A stretch of DNA of 63,549 nucleotides, counting the filler, from Octopus bimaculoides (lineage: Eukaryota): the NCBI RefSeq assembly GCF_001194135.2. It is 8 parts of 8 records of this genome, joined end to end, with 100 filler letters (N's around TTAATTAATTAA, not from the genome) between each part and the next. Parts side by side here need not be neighbours in the genome. Positions count along the whole stretch, not along the records: positions 4,534 to 22,252 come from NC_069006.1; positions 22,353 to 44,013 come from NC_068981.1; 6 more parts are not named here. One strand, written 5' to 3'. Shown in pieces: positions 12,301-25,740 of the stretch. The position numbers and the translations under genes are program-made. The notes beneath the pieces are model-generated. The model saw only the letters and a list, made by a program, of their open reading frames with translations. It ran no database searches and was not told the DNA's origin. Every line of letters starts with the position of its first letter. The first letter of the stretch is position 1.

Positions 12301-12924
12301 TTAAAATAACCTATTTTAGTTTTGTTCCGGGACATAATGAAATATTGCTGGTTACTTACAAATACATACTTTATAATTAAAAATAATTAACCAGCGATTT
12401 TTGGTTTTAAATCCTATATATTGTGGGACTAAAAGTAAAGCTAAGTCTGTGTGTGTATGTTTGTTTGTGTGTATGCTCGACTAACTTTTTATATTAACAC
12501 CCACAAAATTTTCACTAAGAAAAAAGAAAGTCGGATTTTTTTGTGTGTAATCAAGTACCCTGATCGCCTAATATGCTCCAAATCCCTTATTTTGGTTCGG
12601 AAAAAAAGGTGGTGGGAGACGAGAGGGTGATATTTTTAATAACGAACCATGTAATTCACACCCTGGAAAATTTATTTCTGTCAAATGTTTTTTTTTTTTT
12701 CTTTCATATACACAAGATATAGTCTACACACTTCGATGCTTTAAACAGAACAAGCATGCAGTTGACAAACGTGTATTTTTTATATATAAAAATTTAAAAA
12801 CAAATTTTTTTGTTAATTTATCGAATTTTTCTTTATAAATCATAGTTTAAAATATTGGCAGTCCGAATTTTTGGCTTGAATCACAGCGATGGACCATTAA
12901 AAGTGTTTACGGGGGAAAAGATAT

Positions 12925-13270
12925 AGGCGCAGGAGTGGGTGTGTGGTAAGTAGCTTGTTTCCCCCAGTCCCGCTGCGTGGCACCTTGGGCAAGTGTCTTC
13001 TATAGCCTCGGGCCAACCAAAGCCTTGTGAGTAGATTTGGTTGACGGAAACTGAAAGAAGCCCGTCGTGTGTGTGTTTGTGTCTGTGTTTGTCCCCTCCC
13101 CACTGTCACTTGATAACCGATGTCGGTGTGTTTACCGAGAGGTTCAACAAAAGTGACCGATAGAATAAGTACAAGGCTTACAATGAAAAAGTCGCGGTGT
13201 CGATTTGTTCGAGTAAAAGGCAGTGCTCCAGCATGGCCCCAGTCAGATGACTGAAATAAATAAAAGAATA
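12925..13270 (+). mobile_element. Family A SINE upstream of the caspase gene
   Basis: GCGCAGGAGTGGGTGTGTGGTAAG head, CACCTTGGGCAAGTGTCTTC, tail ...GCTCCAGCATGGCCCCAGTCAGATGACTGAAAT. Confidence 0.85.
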
Positions 13271-13891
13271 ATACAGGGTGTCAGGTGGTTGTGAGATGTG
13301 TTAAAAATAACAGCTAATTAGGCCTTAAATCATGCAACAATTTTTTTTTTTTTTTTTTGTATAATCATGAATTCACAAAAATTTTTCAAAATTGAAGTTA
13401 AGAGGGGTTACATGGCATGCATAAAGGAGAATTCTGCTGATCCCAGGGCTCAACAGATATTTATTGCATCGACCCCCTTAGTGGAATTTGAACTCAAGAA
13501 TGTTAAGATGGAGAAACTGCTGCTAAGGATGTTACCGATTTTGCCAGGTCAGCCTGAAATTTTGGTGGAGGGGGCTAGTCAATTAGATCGACCCCGAAAG
13601 GATGAAAGGCAAAGTTGATTTCAGTGGACTACCTTAGTAATATTTTAATAAGACATATTAGAAGTTGGTGAGCTGGCAGAATCGTTACCATGCTGGGCAA
13701 AATGCTTAGCAGTATTTCCTTTGCCATTATTTTCTGAGGTTGACTTTTCCTTTCATCCTTTTGGGGTCAATTAAATAGCTACAAGTTATGCACTGGGGTC
13801 AATGTAATCAACGTAATCCCTTTGTCTGTCTTTGTTTGTCTCCTCTATGTTTAGCCCCCTGTGGGCAATACAGAAATTAATATGACAGAAA

Positions 13892-15140
13892 TTAGGTCGA
13901 TCTGAAAATAATGACCGCTCTAAGGTTTGTGTTTTGAAACGCAATTTTATCATAGTATTTTAATAATATTTTAGGTGAATTGCGACATACTTAATAATTG
14001 ATGTATGCACTTTAATAATTTTCTACTTATTTCAGACAGAAAACATTCCTGAAGCATAGGTGCCCTTAATTCTGAACATGACAAAAAGGACCTTTGCTTA
14101 CTTTTCTTGCATGAGTTCAAGCTTGGACACAATGCCTCCCAAACTGCTGCCAATATCAACAGAACATGGGGAGAGGGGTTCACAAGTGATCGCACAGTAT
14201 GAAGGTGGTTTCAGAAATTTCATAGTGGTGATGAGAGCCTTGAAGATGAAAGTAGAGGGCAGTCATGCAGTCTTGGCAATGAACAGTTGAAAGCAATTGT
14301 TGAACAAAACCCACGTCAAAATGTCTCAGGCACTTGGTATTGGTATTGCAACGGTCTCATGCAATCTGCAGAAGATTGGTAAGGGGAAAGTTCAATGGTA
14401 AGGTAAAGTTCAATGAAAATCGAAAAGTTCAGCGTTTTGAAGTGTGCTTGATGCTCTTTCTGCAAAACACCAACAATCCTTTCTTGACTGAATAGTCATT
14501 TGTGATGCAAAGTGGATCCTTTATGGTAACTGTAAACGATCAGGTCAATGGCTTCATCATGATGAGTCCCCCAAACATTTCCCAAAGCCAAAGTTGCATC
14601 AGCAAAAGATTATGGTGACTGTCTGGTGGTCTGCAATTGGTGTTGTACTTTACAGCTTTCTGGAAGCTAATCAGAGCATTGCAGCAGAGGTTTACTGCAA
14701 TCAACTTGCATGCTCACTTGCAAATAATGAGACCTGCATTGGTGAATCGGCATGGCCCAATTCTGCTCCATGATAATGCAATGCCACATATTGCAAGAAT
14801 GATGCAGCAGAAACTCACAGACTTGGGATAAGAGACCTTACTACATCCTCCATATTCTCCTGATCTTTCATCCATGACTACCATTTTTATAAGCATTTAA
14901 ATATGTCTTTAAGTGATTAAACTTTTAGGTCCAAACCAGAGGTGGAATCAGCTTTCAAAGATTTCTTAGCATCAAAGCCAATAAGTTTTTATCAACGAGG
15001 CACAAATAATTTCGTTGATCGATGGCAGAGATGCATAGATATTCACGGTTCATACTTTGACTAATCAAAACATTTCTATTGTTAATTTTTCCAGAATAAA
15101 ATTATTTCTGAAATCTGCCATTATTTTCAGAACAACCTAA
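13892..15140 (+). mobile_element. Mariner (D,D34D) DNA transposon, near full length, inactivated
   Basis: TIRs TTAGGTCGATCTGAAAATAATG / CATTATTTTCAGAACAACCTAA followed by TA. Transposase remnants HEFKLGHNASQTAANINRTWG, CDAKWILY, PKPKLHQQKIMVTVWW, LHDNAMPH, PPYSPDL. Confidence 0.9.
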
Positions 15141-15286
15141 TATTTATAAAAGCCGACAGAATCGTTAACATGCTGGCCAACACCCTAAGTGGCAATTTGT
15201 CCATCTTTACATTCTGAATTCAAATTCTGCTTAGGTCAATTTAATATACCTACTTGTGTGCTCCTCTCACCCATACACACCAGTTT

Positions 15287-15941
15287 GTATCTTCATAACT
15301 TCCAGAAAAGTATCCAGGTTTTTTTAATGAAATTTTCTAGATACACTTCAGATGGTGTATATTCTGATTAAACTGAAATTTGTCCTGAAAAAACTTATTT
15401 GTGTGTGGGAAGAAAAGTTTTGGAAAATTCACACAAGTTGACTTTATTTTCTTAATGACTTTCAGAAAAATGTGTATTTTTTAATGAAAGTTTCTACAAA
15501 TTCTTTTCAGAATGTGTAAATTACAATTATATCAGATTTGTTGTGAAAAACCTAATAAAAAAAAAAATGGTGAGCACACACACACATACATCACAATTTT
15601 TCGAAATTTCAAGTTTCATTTTGCAGAGATATATGATATCTTGCTATGTATGTGTAAGAGCTTACCAAATTTATTTCCTCACCTCACACTCCAAAATAAT
15701 TGCAATCTACACACTCTGAAAGGTATTTTGAGAAGATTTCATTAAAAATTACCCATTTTTCTGAAAGTTATGTGTAAAGAAAGCTGTCTTGTGTGAATAT
15801 TTCCGAAACTTCCCACTCAACCCTCGGAAAATTCTTTCACCACATATTCTAATATAATGACAATCTACACCATCTGAAGCATATTTGTAGAAAACTTCAT
15901 TCAAAAATATCCAGGGCGGAAGGCATATATATGAAGATAAC
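15287..15941. mobile_element. Foldback/MITE-like element with long, modular, diverged inverted arms
   Basis: Arms of ~270 bp are imperfect reverse complements; each holds two copies of an AATGAAATTTTCTA...TTCAGA(T/A)(G/T)GTGTA module. Confidence 0.6.
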
Positions 15942-17739
15942 TTTACCTTTTATACTTTCAGGGTCAACAATATAAGTGATTGACTTATCCTCTCTCAGAA
16001 ATTCCTGGCCTTGTAGCAAAATTTGAAACAATATGGGAAAGGATTATATCAGAGAATGGGAGGCAGTGTGAGATGGTTTGGTATTAAAAGGGTGGAACGG
16101 TTATAAGCATTTAGGTTTCTGTCTGTCATTTATTGAGAAACAATTCCCATAAATGAAGCTACAATTGGATTTCTGTAAATAGATAATTAGATTGTCAAGG
16201 CAACAGGGGAGGGACATGTCGGGAACTGAACTTAACTAGTAATTAGTGGTCAAAGATTGGTCATTGTTTACTAATCCAATCAAACATCATTAAATGCTAA
16301 CAACCTGTATTTCAAGTTTACCTGTATTTAGTGATTAGCATTCTCTATCTAAAACAATGCTTTCCTTTTTTTTTTCTTTGCTAGAGCAAATCATCAAAAG
16401 AAAAAAAAGGGCAGTGCTTGAATTTGAGCAGCTCATAGCAACCAACCCTGACAGTAAGGTGTTCTGGAAATATACGGATTCAAAGCAGTGACCTCACTCT
16501 CCAGTTGGTCCTCTTCGCAATCCCCACACAAACCAGATTCCTGATGATCCAAAAGAATGCACAAAATTCATTGTTGAATGTTAAGCAGGTGTAGTAATAG
16601 CTAGATAGTTGAATGATCTCCCTTGCAAGAAAGATTATAGAGTAACCTCCCTTTTCTAAGTTTCTCAGTGCAACTCCTCGCTTTTTTACGTTTTTCATGA
16701 GACGTGATTCTTAATTATTCAAGAAGCTTAGCGTGATCGTTACCAGCGTCGCCTTCTAGCATTTGTGCTGGTGGCATGTTAGAAAATCAATCGAGCGNNN
16801 NNNNNNNNNNNNNNNNNNNNNNNNNNNNNNNNNNNNNNNNNNNNNNNNNNNNNNNNNNNNNNNNNNNNNNNNNNNNNNNNNNNNNNNNNNNNNNNNNNNN
16901 NNNNNNNNNNNNNNNNNNNNNNNNNNNNNNNNNNNNNNNNNNNNNNNNNNNNNNNNNNNNNNNNNNNNNNNNNNNNNNNNNNNNNNNNNNNNNNNNNNNN
17001 NNNNNNNNNNNNNNACGATGATGATGATGAGGAACATAAAGACAGATGAAATGCTACTTAACGTTTCCCTTGGAAGTTTCTAGAATGTCTAGCATTCCAT
17101 TAATAAAAACAGCTTGCTAACCCAGCTCTTCGCTTCTTAGTCAATTAGACTTAGAGCCATTCACGTCATTGCTATGTCTGTCTATTTCTCTAAGCCACAT
17201 GACTGAATGCCACCACTTAGCTGTTATTTCTACATTTTCTATCTCTGAACCTTCTTGCATAGATTACTTCATTCAACTAGATTCTACATTTTGATTATGT
17301 ATCATCAGCGACCAGTAAATGAAATATGTTTTTATGTACAGGTCTTGAATTTATTCTTCATCTCTATATAAACTCCTGTAATAATATACACACAGCCATA
17401 CAACATCTGGTACTAAGTATATATTCCTACTACACGGGCACTTTTAGTGTTGAAAACCAAAACATACCATTTCCACCACCTCTCATACCAAATTTTATAA
17501 CAACTATGGAATTTACACCTGCAATGCTGTGACGTCACCTTAAGAAAAAGCACAACTATGCCTCTCCTGATCTTGATGGTGTTACATACCTGCTTCTCAA
17601 ACACGGTGGGTACTTTCTTCTGCGCCAGCTTTCACTCTTCTTTCAGTTCTGTCTTAACAACAGTGCTACTCCGGAGTAGTGGAAAACTGCCTGTCATTAT
17701 TCTGCTCAAAAAGGGTGACCGCACATTGCCTGTCGGGAT

Positions 17740-20368
17740 GAAAATCTGGAGTGAAGAGGAGTTTAACCAAGATGCTCTGTGGCGGGAAGAAATCTGAAGA
17801 AGTTATTTCCCCTGCATTACACCCCAGACATACAGCATTGATAGTGGTACCTCTGTAACTGTGATCCAGAAACTTCAGGATTGAAAAGCACCTGGAAGAG
17901 ACTTGATTGTTGGATATTGGTACAAGAAGCTAACCTTCTACCAACCATAGCTTATCAATCTGTACCAGCAAGCTTTCATTCGGAACAGTAGCATACCACA
18001 CTGGTTAACTCTGGCAGAGACAAAATTGATCCCCAAATGCAGAACTACCTACATGGCAAAAAAACTACCAATCAATAACATGCCAGAACTTAATGCATAG
18101 AATATATACAGCATATTTAAACCTCTTCCTCCAAGACCCTTGTGAAAGTAATAACATCATTGCAGCAGAATAAGCAGCTGGGAAGAAGGGAGTCTGGGGA
18201 TGTGCTGAGCAATTGCTAATCAACATAACTGTGATGTCAGGGGTGGGAGTGCATAGGAGGAACCTAGTTTCAATGTGGCTAGACTACAGGAAAGCCTTTG
18301 ACTCTGTTGCTCACTCATGGATGCTAGAAGCCCTTCAGTTTGCTAAAGTTCCAGTGAGAATAGTCAAAGCCATAGCTGACCTGACTTCATCGTGGGCCAC
18401 CATCTTGAAATTAAACACAAAGAGTGATTGTATTATCACTGATAGAATACAGTATCACAAAGGCATATTCCAAGGAGACAGTCTCTCTGTGATGTTGTTT
18501 ATACTTTCTGTAAACCCCATGTCATTCATGTAAAGACAGTCTAGAGGATAGCTCACTGGTTCACAAAAAAAAAAAAAACAGAAATACCAAAATTACACAC
18601 TGTTTCTTTGTAAATGACTAGAAACTTTATGCAAAGAATATGCATAAGATGAAAAAGAGCCTTGACCTGATTACAACATTCTCTAACGATGTAGGGTTGA
18701 AGTTTGGTCAGGATAAATGTTGTTATATGGTTGTGAAAAGGGGGGAAACTGTAAACCAGACTAGCAACATCTCCATCAATGACCTAACTGTTTCCCTTAT
18801 ATCTAATGAGGAATGTTACAGGTATCTAAGGGTGGATGAAAACATATCTTATAATGGCACGAGTAACAAAATACATGTCATTAAAGAATTTTACAGCCAA
18901 ATAAAGAAAATATGGACCCCAGAACTCTCTGCATTCAATAAAACAGTGGCTCCACAATATGCTTGCAGTGCCAGTAGTCGTACCAACGTTTGGACTGCTT
19001 GATTGGACCCTTGATGAGATCTGAGCAAGTGATGCGAAAACCCAGAAAATACTAACACACACACATAATTTCCACATAAACAGTGACCTAAAATGAAAAC
19101 AAGGCAGCAGAGGCCCAACATCAATCCAAAATGCCTTTGAACGTTGTATCATATCTCTTCAGCAACATCTTTTAACCACCAAGTGTCGAAGTGCATCCCT
19201 TGACCACGTTTGCATACACGAAGCTGATAACACCATAAGACTTGGAAGGCAGTTCCTTGAGCAGCATTCCTTGTCTGACAACCTTAAATATATACCCAAA
19301 GAAGTTGTACGACTCTACTGCAACATATCATCACATGAAAAGATGAGTCAGAAGACTATGCATGGATATGTTAGTAGAAAGTTCAGAGATGATAGTAACA
19401 TTGATCATCAAACTAGTCTATCATGGACCAACAATCAGATTACTATCTCCCACTTTGAAGGGTATGTGTTTGCAATCCAGGAACAGGAATTATCAACCAA
19501 ATAGGGACAAAAGGGACAAAGATGGTGGAAAGCCGTAAAATGTGACAACTGATGCAGACTTTGTGGAGTTAACACCGAAGATATCACCCACATCAGAAGC
19601 AGTTGTCTGAAAATGTCATCACTGTATTATCTGTTGATGAGACATGATTCTGTAACTAGGACACTGTATAATGAAATCCATCAAAAGGATAACCCTGAGG
19701 TCAAAGAAATAAGAATTCACAGTATGGTGGAAGCCAGAGCCACTTGTAATAAAAAGGAGTAGTGGTGGAATGCACCAGTGAAGACCTGATATAATGATTT
19801 AGGATACAGAAGAGAAACTGTGCACAGTTGTGGGAATTAGCTGCCCAGCGGATCATCATCATCATCATCATCATCGTTTAACGTCCGCTTTCCATGCTAG
19901 CATGGGTTGGACGATTTGACTGAGGACTGGTGAAACCGGATGGCAACACCAGGCTCCAATCTAATTTGGCAGAGTTTCTACAGCTGGATGCCCTTCCTAA
20001 TGCCAACCACTCAGAGAGTTAACATAAAACTGAAGATCAGTGAAAAGGAGAACACTTATGCTGATCTATTGAGAGATTTTCAGTTACTCTATCCAGATTA
20101 CAAGTTCAGATTTATACCTGTAATTATTGGGGCCCTGGGATATGTAACACACTGCCTAAATACCAATCTTGAGAAATTAGGCTTCTCAAAACCAGAAAGG
20201 AGAAAGCTGGTTCAAAGACTACAGATCCAATCCATCACTGGAACTGTACAAATCTGTAAAACTTTCCAGAAGTTTATCGTTTAGATATATATGAGCATGT
20301 CTAGATATGCAACTACATGCATGAGAATACATACATAAAACAAAATATACAAATCTGCACACATACAT

Positions 20369-20375
<7 letters not shown>
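17740..20375 (+). mobile_element. R4/Dong-like non-LTR retrotransposon (RT + CCHC + restriction-like endonuclease), decayed, with SINE insertion at ~19850-20018
   Basis: KAPGRDLIVGYWYKKL, LDYRKAFDSVAH, GIFQGDSLS, FGQDKC, CRLCG...THIRSSC, RHD, RPDIMI.DTEEKLCTVV, IPVIIGALG. Confidence 0.88.
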
Positions 20376-20407
<32 letters not shown>

Positions 20408-20766
20408 CACTGGGATATTTATCACACTGCCTAAATACCAATCTTGAGAAATTAGGCTCCTCAAAACCAGCAAAGAGAAAGCTAATTCGAAGACTACAGA
20501 TCCAGTCCATCATTGGAACTGTAAAACTTTGTAAAATTTTCCAGAAGTTTAACATTTAAATATATAAGAGCATGTCTAGATATGTAATTATATGCATGAG
20601 AATACATACATAAAACATACAAATCTACATACATACAAAAGTACCCTGTTGTTGATGTTGGAATTCCAATGAAGAAGCCTTGGATCTAGGTTAGAAACTG
20701 GCTCTTTCCCTATTGATAACACACACACACATACAGACATATATAATAACCACAGGTGGATTGTAG

Positions 20767-20848
20767 TTCACTACAGCTGTTGCAATTACGTTTTATTGAT
20801 GAATAAATGTGTTACACAATGCAAAATATACCATTTTCATCAGGTGAA
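20767..20848 (-). ncRNA. Degenerate type-I hammerhead motif (left arm of foldback)
   Basis: Minus strand reads TTCAC-CTGATGA-...-GCAA-C-AGCT-GTA-GTGAA. Stem I is a perfect 5 bp and stem III is the same ACAGCTGT, but GAAA is changed to GCAA and stem II is eroded. Confidence 0.55.
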
Positions 20849-21012
20849 TACAGGTAAGGATTAACAATTAGAACTTCTCAAGAACAAGTACATAGTGCCA
20901 GATGAGTCTGTCAACCCAAATTTGGTGAGGCTGGCTGAATTTGAGTCGGTAGAGTCATCTGGTACTTTGTACTTGTTCTTAAGACGTTCTAATTGTTAAT
21001 TCTTACCTGTAT

Positions 21013-21110
21013 TTACCTGATGAGAACGTTTTTTTGTTTCGCATGACGTAAAACTTCTGTTAATCAATAAATAAATAAATAAATAAACACGTTTGAAACA
21101 GCTGTAGCAA
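21013..21110 (+). ncRNA. Minimal type-I hammerhead ribozyme motif (right arm of foldback)
   Basis: Core CTGATGA (21017-23); stem II GAACGT / ACGTTT; GAAA (21095-98); palindromic stem III ACAGCTGT; triplet GTA (21104-06); stem I TTAC / GCAA (3 of 4 bp). Confidence 0.7.
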
Positions 21111-21592
21111 CCCACAATCCATCCATCGTTATTCGTTTGGATCTGGAGTCTATAGACAGTGGTGCAACAGGTATACCACTGCGTGACCTTGCTGATTCGT
21201 GTATTCAGTCAGCCATTTCCGAATCTATGTATAACTTGAAGAACAAATCCATGCTTCAGTGAGCATGGATTTGTTGTTATTCATTGTTTGTACACAATAG
21301 CAGTTTCACCAACCTGACCTTGCTGCTTTCACTGCTTAAATAACCTAATTCTCTTGAATACTGGAAATTTTATATATATATATATATACTCTTTTACTTG
21401 TTTCAGTCTTTTGACTGTGGCCATGCTGGAGCACCGCCTTTTAGTCGAGCAAATCGACCCCAGGACTTATTCTTTAGAAGCCTAGTACTTATTCTATCGA
21501 TCTCTTTTGCCGAACCGCTAAGTTACGGGGACATAAACACACCAGCATCGGTTGTCAAGCGATGTTGGGGGGACAAACACACACATACAAAC

Positions 21593-21627
<35 letters not shown>

Positions 21628-21828
21628 CATATATACGACGGGCTTCTTTCAGTTTCCGTCTACCAAATCCACTCACAAGGCTTTGGTCGGCCCGAGGCTA
21701 TAGTAGAAGACACTTGCCCAAGATGCCGCGCAGTGGGACTGAACCCGGGACCATGTGGTTGGNNNNNNNNNNNNNNNNNNNNNNNNNNNNNNNNNNNNNN
21801 NNNNNNNNNNNNNNNNNNNNNNNNNNNN

Positions 21829-21868
<40 letters not shown>

Positions 21869-23128
21869 CAATAAGAAAATGGAGGGGATTAATAAGTGGT
21901 ATTCATCAACATGCAGACATTGTATTTTGTCAATTTACTTGTTTATTTGTTTACTAAAAAGACAATAATAGCAATATACAAACACATGTGACATATTATG
22001 TCATATCAGTAGTTATAAAAATGACATATATATATATATATGTATGTATGTATGTATGTATATATATATATATACATATTTGTTTTGCAAAAGGAAGGAA
22101 ACAAAGGACCACTGATGAGGTCACAGAAGTGTGACGAAAGAACTCTGGCCGAAATAAGATTAAGATTAATGTAATATAAAGCTGAAGCAAATTAACACCA
22201 AATATACAGTGCGTGTGTTTTTATTGACTAAACTGGCAATATGACCATCCCCNNNNNNNNNNNNNNNNNNNNNNNNNNNNNNNNNNNNNNNNNNNNTTAA
22301 TTAATTAANNNNNNNNNNNNNNNNNNNNNNNNNNNNNNNNNNNNNNNNNNNNGCTGAAAAGGTCCTGGCTTTAAGGGTATTGCGAAAGGCCTAGCTGGAG
22401 GCCCAACCTTCCGAGTTCTTTTACAGGGCTTAGAAAAACTGAAAGACTGCTGCAATAAGTGTGTGAATCTGAGAGGGGAATATGTTGAAGAAAATCACAA
22501 TTAACTGATCCTCCTGTATTTTCCTTTACCCAAAACCAGGAACTTTTCAGTCCCCCCACCCCTCGTAATGTCTACTAGTACTGAGTACTCTTTTTTTCCG
22601 ACAGTGAACACTAAACAGATATGAGTGAGTGTGTGTGTGTTTATGTGTATGTGTGAGTGTGTGTGTGTGTGTGTGTGCTTGTCTCCTCCTCCACCGCTTG
22701 ACGACCGGTGTTGGTTTGCTTACGTCCCCGTAACTTAGGAGTTCGGCAAAAGACACCGATAAAACAAGTACCAGACTTAAAAAGAAAAAAGTAAGTAGTG
22801 GGATTAATTTGTTCAACTCTAAAAAAAAAAAACCGTCAAGGCCGTGCCCCAGTATGGCCGCCGTCCAATGATTCTGAAACAAATAAAAGCTGAAAGATAC
22901 CAAGTCGCTGCCTTCAAGCTAATTTCATTTATTTATTTATTTTTGAATCAATAAAATTGAAAAAAAAGGGGGGGGGAATAACAACCAGCATGTAAAAGGA
23001 GTAACAAATTAATTATGTACTCTTAGTTAATGACTGTCATGATTTCTTTTTATTTAATCTAAATACTCTCGCTTTGTAAACTGTCTAGGCTATAAATTTA
23101 ATAAATAAAAACAAGTAAATAAAAGCCT

Positions 23129-23159
<31 letters not shown>

Positions 23160-25466
23160 TTTGGTTTGTTGTTTGGTCCATTAACTCATGTGATAGTTGT
23201 AATAATATTTTCAGGATACTTCGAATAACCGCTTGTCAATAAATGACTGAAAATGGTATTAAAACGCTATCTTAATAACCCTTGAACATATATTTCACTG
23301 AAACAAAATCCTCCTCCGTTTTTTTCCTCTCCCACCATTTTGTTTTTTTATGTGGTGGTAGAAGAGGCATCTTTTACATTTTTTACTCTTTTACTTGCTT
23401 CAGTCATTTGACTGTGGCCATGCTGGAGCAGCGCCTTTAGTCGAGCAAATCGACCCCAGGACTTATTCTTTGGAAGCCTAGTACTTATTATATCGATCTG
23501 GTTTGCCGAACCGCTAAGTTACGGGGACGTAAACACACCACCATCGGTTGTCAAGCGATATTGGGGGGGGGGGGGCAAACACAGACACACAAACATATGC
23601 ACATACATACATATATATATATATATACATATATAGAGTTATTAATATTTCTAAGTCTCTCTAAAGGAGACTACGGCAGCGGTACTGGAAATTAATAGTT
23701 ATCGCCAAGCCAACATGGCAGTCCCAAAATTAGGACGAAAGCTGCCGTGAATTAGCTCCAAGAAGCCATCGCCTCTAGCTAGCTATGTGACACATGAAAC
23801 CTGTGTCCTTTATAACCTTCGAACAGGGGAGGTCAGCAGCTTCCCCTTGCTGGTTTGGCATCTGCAGACTAGACTAGTTTCAGGGTGTTGCCCCTTGTCA
23901 ATGTAGAGCAATATGTATATATACGACGGGCTTCTTTCAGTTTCCGTTTACCAAATCCACTCACAAGGCTTTGGTCGGCTCGAAGCTATAGTAGAAGACA
24001 CTTGCCCAAGGTGCCACGCAGTGGGACTGAACCCGGAACCATGTGGTTGGTAAGAAAGCTACTTACCACACAGCCACTCCTACAACACATGGTCTGAAAA
24101 CGTTTAATTTAGCAGAATCGTAAATGCATAGAACAAAACGCTTCCCGGCTTTTCTACCGCGTCTTTACGTTCTCAGTTCACATCCCACTGCTGTCGACTT
24201 TGCATTTCAGGATTGTTGAAAGAAGCACCAGTTGAGTACAGGAATCGATGTAATCGATTAAATCCGGTCCTCAAAATTTCAGGCTTTGTTCCTGAAAAAG
24301 ATTGCTTATTTGTGTATTCGATTACTTATTTGGACTGTAGCCGAGCTGGGGCACTGACATGAGGAGTTTTAAACGAAATGATATTTTTGGTTTTTAAGTC
24401 TGATGCTCATTCTATCAGTTTCTATTGGTGAATCTCTAAATTACGGACCCGTAAGCAAACCAACTCCGATTGTTAAGCGTTGGTGAGGTGACAACTACAG
24501 ATACAAAGACAGTGACTCTCACACACACACACGTTTATCTATACATATGTATGTAATAAGTGAAAAAGTCTATAGTAAATGCACAAACAAAAAACGGACA
24601 CAGAATGGCAAGTTAAAAAAACGTATAATAAATGCACAGACGAACGGGAAAACGTATGGTAAGTGCACAAACGGAGGGAAAACAGACACGGAAGGTCCCA
24701 AATTCTTCATCAGTTATCAACCAGGTGGTATTACACTATTATTAATGAATGATAATATATATATATATATANNNNNNNNNNNNNNNNNNNNNNNNNNNNN
24801 NNNNNNNNNNNNNNNNNNNNNNNNNNNNNNNNNNNNNNNNNNNNNNNNNNNNNNNNNNNNNNNNNNNNNNNNNNNNNNNNNNNNNNNNNNNNNNNNNNNN
24901 NNNNNNNNNNNNNNNNNNNNNNNNNNNNNNNNNNNNNNNNNNNNNNNNNNNNNNNNNNNNNNNNNNNNNNNNNNNNNNNNNNNNNNNNNNNNNNNNNNNN
25001 NNNNNNNNNNNNNNNNNNNNNNNNNNNNNNNNNNNNNNNNNNNNNNNNNNNNNNNNNNNNNNNNNNNNNNNNNNNNNNNNNNNNNNNNNNNNNNNNNNNN
25101 NNNNNNNNNNNNNNNNNNNNNNNNNNNNNNNNNNNNNNNNNNNNNNNNNNNNNNNNNNNNNNNNNNNNNNNNNNNNNNNNNNNNNNNNNNNNNNNNNNNN
25201 NNNNNNNNNNNNNNNNNNNNNNNNNNNNNNNNNNNNNNNNNNNNNNNNNNNNNNNNNNNNNNNNNNNNNNNNNNNNNNNNNNNNNNNNNNNNNNNNNNNN
25301 NNNNNNNNNNNNNNNNNNNNNNNNNNNNNNNNNNNNNNNNNNNNNNNNNNNNNNNNNNNNNNNNNNNNNNNNNNNNNNNNNNNNNNNNNNNNNNNNNNNN
25401 NNNNNNNNNNNNNNNNNNNNNNNNNNNNNNNNNNNNNNNNNNNNNNNNNNNNNNNNNNNNNNNNNN

Positions 25467-25519
<53 letters not shown>

Positions 25520-25709
25520 GTATGTGTATTTATATATATATATATTCATGGAAAATGAATCAATACAATACTTGTAAAATTTCAAGATTTACAGATTAGA
25601 TATTTCTTAATTCGTGCCTCTGACTGCTACGTACGTCACGCAAGAATGGTGTATTTATAAGTGTGCGCGTGTACGCATGTATATGTGTGTGTGTACATAC
25701 ATACATACA

Positions 25710-25740
<31 letters not shown>

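Larger units (their letters stand above)
20757..21121. repeat. ~365-bp foldback (inverted duplication) whose arms each carry a hammerhead motif
   Basis: Inner arms CATCAGGTGAATACAGGTAAGGATTAACAATTAGAAC... and ...GTTCTAATTGTTAATTCTTACCTGTATTTACCTGATG are near-perfect reverse complements. The central spacer is ~15 nt and the outer arms also pair. Confidence 0.85.

Noticed and set aside
16400-17740. Short LINE-like peptides (KVFWKYTDSK; PDLDGVTYLLLK...LLKKGD)
   Set aside because: Probably small LINE remnants, but too short and degraded to delimit as features.
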